Assembly: GCA_965644495.1 (NCBI GenBank)
Contig: CBFFSA010000012.1
Location: 124,001-188,000 of the forward strand
Direction: 5' to 3'
Length of the DNA: 64,000 nt
DNA from: Perkinsela sp. CCAP 1560/9
Taxonomy: Eukaryota; Protista; Euglenozoa: Kinetoplastea
The position numbers and the translations under genes are program-made. The notes below the pieces were generated by a model that saw only the letters and a list, made by a program, of their open reading frames with translations, did no database searches and was not told the DNA's origin. The first letter of the stretch is position 1. Each line of letters opens with the position of its first letter. This document shows, piece after piece, positions 35,301-44,500 of this stretch.

Positions 35301-36266
35301 ATGAACGAACACCCTCCCCTCCCCCCTGACCCTCCATTCGACACCGCCCCCGCCCTCACCTCCCGCGAAGCCCTCACCCTCCTCCACGCCAAAAAACGCA
35401 ACTACACCCGGCTGCTCTCCGACAAGGAGTACCGCTCCCACCCCGCCTACCGTGGTCTCGAGAACACCCTCTCCTACCTCGAGGCCATCCATCTCCAACG
35501 TCAACGATCCGACCCTCTCCCCGACTACGAAGCCGCCACCGCCCTCCTCTCCTCCGCACGGCTTCGACTTCTCCACCCCTCCCCCTCCCCTCCCTCTTCT
35601 TCTTTTCCCTCTCCCCCCTCCCCCCTTTCTTCTCCTTTTCCTAATGCATATGATCCATCGGATTCGAATCTTAATCCCAATCCCTCGGATCCCCTATCTA
35701 CTCATCTCTCCCCTGCCCCCCTCTCCGCGCTCCCCCCTTACGAGATCGCGTGTGTTCTCGAGCACAACCCCGGGGGCTATGCCTCGGCGGTTCGTCTCAT
35801 CCCCACCCTGCTGCGGTATCACCCCGGTGATGTCGTGTCGCTCCTGGTGGAGCTCGCAGCGGTGAGGGCAGGAGAGGCACGAAAGCGGGGAGAGCAGGGA
35901 GGGGAAGAGGGGGGGCGAGCACAAGGGGGTTCTTGGGCTTCTTCACGGGAGGAAGTAGAGAGTGTACACGCCCAAGGTGTCACGGCGGTGGAACAGGTGG
36001 TGAGTTACCACCCCCAGGACCCGATCTATTCGGGCTCGGGGGGTGGGGTTTCTGAGTTTGGAGAAACCAACCGATCGGGTGGGGGTACTCCAATGGGGTT
36101 GGAGAGTGCGGTTGAGGGGTTTCATCGACCGGATTTAGGGAGGCATTTGTTAGCGACCCACAGGGAGTGGGGAGCTTCTGGAATGTCCTCTGCTGGACAC
36201 CCGTTTTATGCCTCCTCGAATACAAATGTCTCGGAGGAGAGTATGGCGGAGAGGGAAGGCGAGTAG
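35301..36266 (+). CDS. RPB4: RNA polymerase RPB4/RPC17-like (HRDC) subunit with low-complexity extensions
   Basis: ALTSREALTLL..LENTLSYL and LPPYEIACVLEHNP..AVRLIPTL..DVVSLLVEL follow the Rpb4 pattern. Confidence 0.6.
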   Translation: MNEHPPLPPDPPFDTAPALTSREALTLLHAKKRNYTRLLSDKEYRSHPAYRGLENTLSYLEAIHLQRQRSDPLPDYEAATALLSSARLRLLHPSPSPPSSSFPSPPSPLSSPFPNAYDPSDSNLNPNPSDPLSTHLSPAPLSALPPYEIACVLEHNPGGYASAVRLIPTLLRYHPGDVVSLLVELAAVRAGEARKRGEQGGEEGGRAQGGSWASSREEVESVHAQGVTAVEQVVSYHPQDPIYSGSGGGVSEFGETNRSGGGTPMGLESAVEGFHRPDLGRHLLATHREWGASGMSSAGHPFYASSNTNVSEESMAEREGE

Positions 36267-36747
36267 GGCGTGGTGTTGGGCGAAGAGGTTACAAAGATGT
36301 GTAGGGACCGGGAAAATGAAAAATGAGAAGTGAATACAACACGGAGAAAGTGTAGGGCTCAAAGGGTGGACGTCAGGACAGAAGGCATTCTGTACGAAAG
36401 GGGTAAGAAAGTCGGTGCCTGTTTCTTCCTTCGTGTCTGTCCAGCGCATCTATGCGCCAGCTACTCGCAACTAGTTTCCTCTCTATACGACGGACGTCAT
36501 GGCATTAAAAACTATGCAGTAAAGCCAAGAAAATACGACTGAAGAATATTTGTTCATATTGGCTTCTACGAAACGTCCATCGAATGTTTTCATAAGCCAT
36601 GTTTTCATATACTGCTCTAGCATGCGAGAATAATACTTTCCGGTTGCACATACGAAACTTTAGACTGTATGCACTAATGTAAAGTTTAGATTATAAAATT
36701 TGTATCGAACAATTGTGTATTGAAGTGTATTAATCTTGTTTTTTTCC

Positions 36748-37575
36748 ATGGTAACACTATTTCAATACGTTCATAGTGAAGAGTGTCAACCGACGAACCC
36801 TTCCCGTGCAGCACGACCAGCCAAGATACGAGCCGTGTTGCTGCCACAGGAATACGAACTCGTACGCTTATTCGAAGAGGTGGAAAATCCACATCCTTCT
36901 TGGAACGTAGACACCCCCGCCAATGAGTGGGAAGCAATAAGAGGGTCTCCTTTGGGCACAGCCAGTATGTATTACCTGTACAATAGGGAAAAGTACGGAA
37001 ATGCGGTGCGAAAAATTTTTATTAACGGGCGCAAGCTCCGAGGTAAGCTGAATCTTCAGTACCTTCCATACTCTGTTGCTTGCTTTCACGCGGGAAATAA
37101 CTACTTCACAGGCGGAGCACAGCTAGACTCACTTCCCCCGTCCCTTGAATTCTTATACCTTTCTGCAAATCAGTTTGAAGGGTCGATTGATCTTTCTTCA
37201 CTACCGGAAAAGTTACAAATTTTGTCACTTGAACGGAACCATTTTTCTGGAAGTGTTTGTCTTAACCGTTTGCCAAACTCATTAAAACATCTCAATTTGA
37301 TGGAAAATGCTTTTGCAGGAACTCCTGATTTGCAGCAGTTGCCCTCCACGTTGATTTATCTCGATCTCTCAAAAAATAATTTCCACGGGTATGTGATACT
37401 AGATTCTCTTCCTGAAAGTATAAGTTTACACTTGAATAATAACAACGCGATCCACGGGGAAATCGAAGAGAAAATACTTCCTTGGGGTACACACGTCTCA
37501 ACAATGGGAACTAACGTTACTGTTCATAGACGCCCGAATCACGACAAGATCTCAAAACAGAAGGTACGGTTCTGA
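36748..37575 (+). CDS. Leucine-rich repeat protein
   Basis: RPAKIRAVLLPQEYELVRL leader, LRRs; close to the 25789 paralog. Confidence 0.85.
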   Translation: MVTLFQYVHSEECQPTNPSRAARPAKIRAVLLPQEYELVRLFEEVENPHPSWNVDTPANEWEAIRGSPLGTASMYYLYNREKYGNAVRKIFINGRKLRGKLNLQYLPYSVACFHAGNNYFTGGAQLDSLPPSLEFLYLSANQFEGSIDLSSLPEKLQILSLERNHFSGSVCLNRLPNSLKHLNLMENAFAGTPDLQQLPSTLIYLDLSKNNFHGYVILDSLPESISLHLNNNNAIHGEIEEKILPWGTHVSTMGTNVTVHRRPNHDKISKQKVRF

Positions 37576-37589
37576 ACGACACTGACCTA

Positions 37590-37770
37590 CAGTCAGTAAA
37601 AAAACACTTTCCAAATGTTTCGAATTTTTTTCTTTTGTACAGCCATAGATTCAATACTAGTATCAGCGTTGCGCTGGTAATGTGTGCTAGTAGTGTAGGC
37701 ATGAGTGTTACTTAATAGTACTCATAGTTCATCTCAGTTCGCTCTACCAAAGGATTAAGAATGAATTAAA
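37590..37770. mobile_element. Solo terminal fragment of the Tc1-like element
   Basis: Homologous to ~30066-30240, begins TA|CAGTCAG. Confidence 0.65.
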
Positions 37771-38119
37771 CAAATAGTCGAAAAAAGCACTTTATCACAG
37801 TTGATCTTCTGAGAAATGTCAATTACAATGGTTTGGCCTGCTGATGATTCAACTCAATCACAGGTAAGTATTTCGAACCATGCGCGTCCTTCTAAAGTCA
37901 GGGGTGCTATGCTACCGCAAGAGTACGAGCTAGTCCGACTATTCGCAGATGTGAAGAAGCCACATTACTCCTGGAATGTCAATACCCCTGCGTGTGAGTG
38001 GTACGGAATTAAATGGGAGAATCGATACAGCACACAAGTCTACAAAATCAATTTGAAATGGTTCCGCGTTGGGGGTAAACTCCATTTGACGTATCTACCC
38101 TACACTGTCACATATTTCT

Positions 38120-39250
38120 AAAGATACAGTTTCTTACAATAAAGATACAGTTTATTACCAGATACAGTTTATTACAATAAAGATACAGTTTCTGTACCTT
38201 GTTGGTACATTTTCCCTTTAGTTCATCTTTTCTTTCCCCGGCAACGGGCATAATCTTACTGTTTTATATGCCCGTTGCCGGCCGGCACTAAGGCCGAAAC
38301 TGTCCCTCTTTCTCGGAGAAGTAGGGGACGCGCTTCCACCCCATCACCCCTCCCCGGCTCACTCCTTGAGTGGGTTTTCTTCCCTCCCCGGCTTTCTTCC
38401 CTTCGCGCCCTTTTCTTCCCGGGGAGCCATGCGCCATGGTGGCCTCCCTTGAGGACCACTGGGCGTGGCTCTGCCTCGTCTTATCGCGAGGCAGCGGTCG
38501 GTTGCAGTGCGCCCCTCCGGCTGCGTAAAGAGAGGGCGAGTTGCCTGGACCCCCTCTACCGACAGTCCGAGCTAAACCCCCTTGGTGCGACATCCGTCAA
38601 TACGGAATGTGCCGATGATATCGGCTGTCGCATCAAGGGCTGTATCTCTGCGCCAACGAGCGCATGAACATCAAAAGATACAGTTTCTGTACCTTGTTGT
38701 ACTTTTTCCTTAGTTCATCCTTTCTTTCCCCGGCAACGGGCATACTCTTACTGTATTTTCATGCCCGTTGCCGGCCGGCACTAAGGTCGGAACTGTCCCT
38801 CTTGTCGCTGAAGCAGGGGACGCGCTTTCACCACTTCACCCCTCCCCGACTCACTCCCCTGGAGTGAGTGTGCTTCCCCCTCTCGGCTTTTTTTCGACTT
38901 GCCTTTTTCCTCTCCGAGAGGGCCATGCGTCACGGTGGCCTCCCTTGAGGACCACTAGACGTGTCCTCCGCCGACGAGACTCGGCTCTCTGCACCTGGCG
39001 GTCGCCCAGCTCTCCGCACCTCGGCTCTGTCGCAGCTCTCTGCACCCGGATTGCCCCCGAAACTGTAATATGGGGATTACGCATCCGGCTCTCTGCACCT
39101 GCACATGACAACCGAGCTCTCTGCACCTGGGACGTCAGCTCTCCGCACCCGCACACCTCCGGCGAGGACGAAACCTCACATGATCCACCCGTCGTATGCG
39201 GGATAAGGACATGGTGAGCAAATCTCTGCACTATAAGTGCATGATAAAAC
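38120..39250 (+). mobile_element. SL-headed structured element, two head-to-tail monomers
   Basis: Boundaries defined by the empty paralog; monomers at ~38171-38672 and 38673-39250 share their 5' ~290 bp and a 3' hairpin motif. Confidence 0.8.
38171..38204 (+). ncRNA. Spliced-leader (mini-exon)-like sequence
   Basis: ATAAAGATACAGTTTCTGTACCTTGTTG|GT matches the conserved kinetoplastid SL 3' half (CAGTTTCTGTAC..TTG followed by GT); second copy at 38673-38699. No canonical AACTAACGCT 5' end seen. Confidence 0.7.
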
Positions 39251-40053
39251 ACGGGGCCACTAATGATTTTACTGGTACAGTATGTCTAGATTCACTCCCA
39301 TCTTCGCTTGAATACCTGAATCTTGCCACAAATCACTTCACAGGGCCAGTAAATTTGACATCCTTAACACAAAGTCTTCTTTATCTTTACCTTGAAGAGA
39401 ACAATTTTTCAGGGGATATTTGCCTTAGTCAATTGCCAAGGCGAATCAGTCACATCTGTCTCAACAATAATACTCTGACGGGCAAGCTGGAATTGCAGCA
39501 TTTACCACCTACGCTGCACTATCTTGGCCTTTCGGCGAATTTATTTCGCGGATATTTAAATTTCGACTCTCTTCATGGAATTCTGAGTCTCTATCTGGAC
39601 AACAACGAAGCACTTCACGGAGAACTACGCAAAGAAGACCTCCCGTGGGGTGCGTATCTTTCGGTGAGGGGTACTGGTATCACACTGCACCGGCGAAAAG
39701 AGCTTGCTTATCCATCGAAAAGAAAAGTACATTTTCCTTGCATGAAACTTTGACTGATTTAAATGATTTCCTGAATTGAGTTACTCAGATTAAACGGGGA
39801 CCCGGGGTAACATACTTGTAGCACCATAACATACCAGGGCCTATGTTACCGGGTGGTATCGTGAGCAAGGGGTAGATAACATACCCACCTCTGAATTTCG
39901 GGATTTCGTATGAAAACGACTTCCGCATCGATTAGGTGGTTAAAGGGTTACTTCATAACATTTATGATACTGATTTGCATTTATGGTCACTATTATCCGA
40001 AACATCTATCATTTGCGTTAGTTGTACAGAATTGATATTCTCTTACGTATTCA

Positions 40054-41220
40054 ATGGAGAGCCCTCCCTACAAACGTGCAAGATTGGGTAAGGTGCGTGG
40101 CGCGCTGCTTTGCCAGGAGTCCGAGCTTTCCATTTTCATTAGTAATATTGCTCATACACACGCTTCATGGAATCAGTCACAATCGTGCTGTAGTTGGAAA
40201 GGAATTCATTGCGATGTAAAAAATACGGCACGGGGACTCTCCTGGAATGCTCTGTCACTGCGTGGCAACTTTAGTTGGCATCATTTACCTAATAGTATCA
40301 AAACTTTTTCTTGTTTTTCAAATCCGGAGTTGCAAGGCTTAATACCAACTGACGCTTTGCCTCGAAACTTGACGACGTTTTTTGTTTCAGATTGCCACTT
40401 TAGTGGAAATTTTGTGATGCGAGACCTACCTTCGGATCTCCTACACCTAGACCTTGCGAATAACGGATGCTCGGGGCAGTTTGCATTTACTGAGATTCCA
40501 CGCGCTCTTCGAACATTTCACATTGTTGATAACCAGTTTAACGGCTTTTTCACCGATTGGAACGAATTACCAAGCAACCTAAACTCACTTGAATTGAATC
40601 GGAATAATTTTTACGGTACAGTCGATCTTTCCATGATTCGTGATGTCGCACCAGTGCTCAATTACTTGGATTTAAGCTCAAATAGATTTTCCGGGAATCT
40701 AGATCTCGAAAACCTACCTCATACTATGGCTGAACTTAACCTTGGGTACAACCAATTCACCGGAGAAGTAGTGTTGAGCAATCTACCGCAGAGACTTCTA
40801 GATCTGCGACTAATGAATAACCTATTAATCGGGGAAACAATGTTTTGTGGGCTTCCTCCGAGCTTGCAGAGGCTTGATTTGAGTAAAAATATTTTCCAAG
40901 GTAATGTTGATCTGAGCAGCCTTCCACTCAGTCTCATATATATTGACATAAGCCACAACGAATTTAGTGGCCTACTTGACGTGAGAAAACTTCCGCAACG
41001 TCTGCAAATTATTAATGTTAGTCATAACAAATTTCACGGAGAACTTGATTGGAAACATTTTCCTGAAGAACTAGAAATACTTTTTCTACAGAACAACAGC
41101 TTTGAAGGAGGTTTCGTACTCGAGCAGCTACCACCGTTTTTAGTAGAAATCAATATTAGGAACAACTTGTTTTCAGCTGATTTATGTGAACGTGTTGAGG
41201 AGCATGTGGCAAACGCCTGA
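40054..41220 (+). CDS. Leucine-rich repeat protein (long)
   Basis: RLGKVRGALLCQESEL leader, CCSWKGIHC cap, about 12 LRRs. Confidence 0.9.
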   Translation: MESPPYKRARLGKVRGALLCQESELSIFISNIAHTHASWNQSQSCCSWKGIHCDVKNTARGLSWNALSLRGNFSWHHLPNSIKTFSCFSNPELQGLIPTDALPRNLTTFFVSDCHFSGNFVMRDLPSDLLHLDLANNGCSGQFAFTEIPRALRTFHIVDNQFNGFFTDWNELPSNLNSLELNRNNFYGTVDLSMIRDVAPVLNYLDLSSNRFSGNLDLENLPHTMAELNLGYNQFTGEVVLSNLPQRLLDLRLMNNLLIGETMFCGLPPSLQRLDLSKNIFQGNVDLSSLPLSLIYIDISHNEFSGLLDVRKLPQRLQIINVSHNKFHGELDWKHFPEELEILFLQNNSFEGGFVLEQLPPFLVEINIRNNLFSADLCERVEEHVANA

Positions 41221-41503
41221 AGAGTTCAATCGTCTTCCTGTATAAAATACATTAACAGTTCTTTAAGGTATTTCAGATTCTCAATTCTTATGCAGTATTT
41301 TCACCGTGCTTTTATTTGTAACTTATTTATTTGTGACTTATTCGTAACTACTACGAGTAACAGTGAACAAATAATTCGTTCCACCGCTTTTTCAATATGC
41401 TCTTACGTATGATATGCTTCTTCGTATTCTTAGACCTACAAAAAAAATGTCATATTCATGCTTGAGAGAAAAGTGACTTTTTAAAAATACTTCCTCAAAT
41501 ACA

Positions 41504-44500
41504 ATGGTTGACTCAAATCCTTTCAAAGGCAATAAGATGTCTTCATCGAGCGTATTCTCAGATAAACCAGATGAAAAGTCGAAGGCATCAAATCCATTTT
41601 TGAGTACATCCAGTGTTTCTTCTACAGGCGGATTTCATGGTCTCGTGCAGTTGAAAAACGCTATAGAAAAGAATGAAAACAAGTCAACTAAAAAGTTTAC
41701 ATCGGCCTTTACGAATTTTCCAAAGGACACGCCGGTACTTAGCACACATGATTATGTTGAGGAATTCGATATGCTCTCAGAGTCAGGAAGTGACACATTA
41801 TCTACAAAGTCTTCGAATCTATCACCTTCGGATTCGTTGTCTTTCACGGAGAATCAAATTCCTTCAATTGATCAAAAACTATCGCTGCGTTCCGACTCTA
41901 GCATGTTGTGTAGCACGCCAAATGCGAAGCATTCGACATCAGAAATATTGTTTGACAAAGTCGAAACTTCAATTTCTACCCTCAAAGGGCTTTCAGTAGC
42001 GGATACAGGACTAGGAAAGAGCTGCGAAGAAGGCCCACACATTGAATCAGAAAATGACAAGTGTATCAAATCACAAACTGCAAAGAACTTTGTATCTCAC
42101 GAGACTCTGGATGATATCCATCGGACGTCGAGCATGCCTTTTCAAGCGCCTTCCTCGTCCGCAGGCCTTGGCGGCTTTGGTTTGGCCATGCGGCTTGCAC
42201 AAAACCTTCAAGAGAAGAATAACAATAAAAATAGTAATGGCGAAATCCGGAATACATCGGCTTTTCGAGATTTCCCCCAGGCGGAGTCTGTTGCGTACTC
42301 TCCTCCATTCGGTTCTTTGAGCGACAGTGAGAGTTGCGCTTCCCAAAGTTTCTACGAGTCCGATGAAGATAGGACAACGCGGCACAGCTCTTCGATTTCC
42401 GAATTTATGGATGTCCTGACGCTGAAAGCGAACGAAGCAGAGATCCCAGGGCACGTCCTTGCGAATCCAGATCATCAAAAAACCCCCAGCAGCACGTCGT
42501 CTCAGTCGCTTGTGGGGCTTCATACACCAGAGCTAAGTCCCTATCCTGAATCAATTGAGATGAGCGAAATACGAAAAAGTTGGCTAAACGATACTCGATC
42601 AGGAGTTATTTCTGATTTTGTGCAGCTTTCCAGTTTTGATCAAGCGAATCTACAAGGTTTGGCTTCCGATTTGCAGCAGTCGTACTCCCCTTCGTCTGGA
42701 CATTTCACTGGAGATGCTCTCATAATCGCATCAGAGAATGTTTCCATAAAGAAGGAAATTTTCTCAGAGACAATGCTAGAGCCTTCAACTGAGCAATCAT
42801 TGGGTTCTAAGTGGAGTTCGCAAATAACACACCCTAGTGTGTTACATTCTGCCAACATGGAACTTGGAGAAGGTTCTGTGGAAGATAATCTGTGCAACGA
42901 AGGTATCCAATCTACTGTCTTTGATATAAATTCTATCAACCCTGTTAATAGTGCGAACGATCTTGATGAACGCACCGCATGGCTTGAGAACTTCTTAGAG
43001 ACTCTGTCGATTGATTCATCATCCGCAGAACCCACAGATACAAGGATGAGCTCCACGCTTGTCGATGAAATACGAAAGCGTAGCGTGTCACAGTGCTCGG
43101 AGCTACGAAATGTGTATCCTATCATGGAACAACGAACGGAATCGATGAATGCCCGCCTTGAAGCGGAACGGGACAAACTCCGCGAGACTCTTCGTGAAGT
43201 GCAGCGGATGCGCTCACGTGCCCCCTCGCTAGCCTCTGGTACACAAGCTCACTCGGTACGTAGCGTCAACTCGGCCATTTTAACACCATTTTTGGACGCA
43301 CAATCATCGCCCGCAGACACTAACTCACCTCGTGACAATGTTGTCTCTCGTCCTTTGGAAAAGGACGAAACAGCTACCAAAAGAGATTCCACCTTGCCGA
43401 GCTCTGGTGACTTTATGTTTGGATTTACTCAACTGTACCTTGGATCTGCTCATCCCGAACGTGCAACGACCTGGGAATCGCTAACCGAGGAATGTGGACG
43501 ACTATCGACACGTAGCAGTACGAAGGAAAGTGGGGAAGGCATCAGGAAAAAGCCAATTCCTAAATTTAAAGGCTTTCGAGTCCCTACGTCGGCGCCCGTC
43601 TCAGAGCACTCAAAGGCGACCGTTTCAAAGTCGAAACTACGACCATCGGAAAGCCGGGCCTCACAGACGGATGATGTGGATAAAGGCGTAAGTACAAACT
43701 TTCTGCATTACAAGGACAGCAACCGAAAGTCATTTGAAGAAAGCAGTCTCCAGAAAAGCGAAACATTGCCTTCTGAACAAATCTCGAAAAGTCCGAACGT
43801 AACTCGCAAACCAGACCACTCAGGTCGAGCCGCGATGCCTTCACTAGACGTATCTTCTATCAAGAGTTCACGAGAGGCATCGCCAGATCCTTTTCCACCT
43901 CCTTCGTCTCACTTTCGACAACAATTGGCAGTAAAGGGGTCAAAAATATTTACCGATAAAATACAAGTCGAACAACTGGAAACACGAAGCAACAAACCCG
44001 TGTCATCGTTAGCTTTAAACACGACTCAGGCTTTGGATTCAGCTGGCATGAGTACTCATTCCAGAGAGGATATGCGCTCTATTACTCCAACGGCAATACA
44101 GGGTAAAAAGGATGTCATTGCGCAGGAACTTTATGTCAAATCAGATAAAAAGGCCCCCGAAAAATCCACAGCGAGTACGCTATTGTCATCTTCTAAGGAA
44201 GTTGCTCTTTCTTTTGTTGAAAATACGACCAGTCTTTCGATTGGACAACAACTCGAAAACATAGATGAAACAGAAAACGCGACACCTTTTTCTGACGTAA
44301 ATTTTGCTGCTGGCACTAAAAAGATTTCGACCATTGAATTATCATCACATCTAGAGACGAAGGGTTCCAAGGATTCTGTCAATTCTTTTTCGAACAACCT
44401 AAAAAGTCAACTTAGCATCGCCAATACAGGTTCTTTGCTAGAACAAAAGGCTGAAACTCCATCGTTTTCTTCACAGGTACTATCCACTTTACTCCCAAAA

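Larger units (their letters stand above)
37816..39753 (+). pseudogene. LRR gene interrupted by a ~1.13-kb insertion
   Basis: Near-identical to 25789-26595; broken at CATATTTCT|..|ACGGGGCCACT. Confidence 0.9.

Noticed and set aside
38171-38330. Canonical functional SL RNA gene
   Set aside because: No typical SL 5' end, intron sequence or clear terminator, and it sits inside an interrupted CDS; kept only as SL-like.
38180-38960. LTR retrotransposon or TRIM
   Set aside because: No TG..CA ends, PBS or TSD; the repeats are diverged tandem monomers, not flanking LTRs.
39155-39180. Hammerhead ribozyme suggested by GAGGACGAAAC
   Set aside because: No CTGATGA core in position; no HDV-like fold was evident either.
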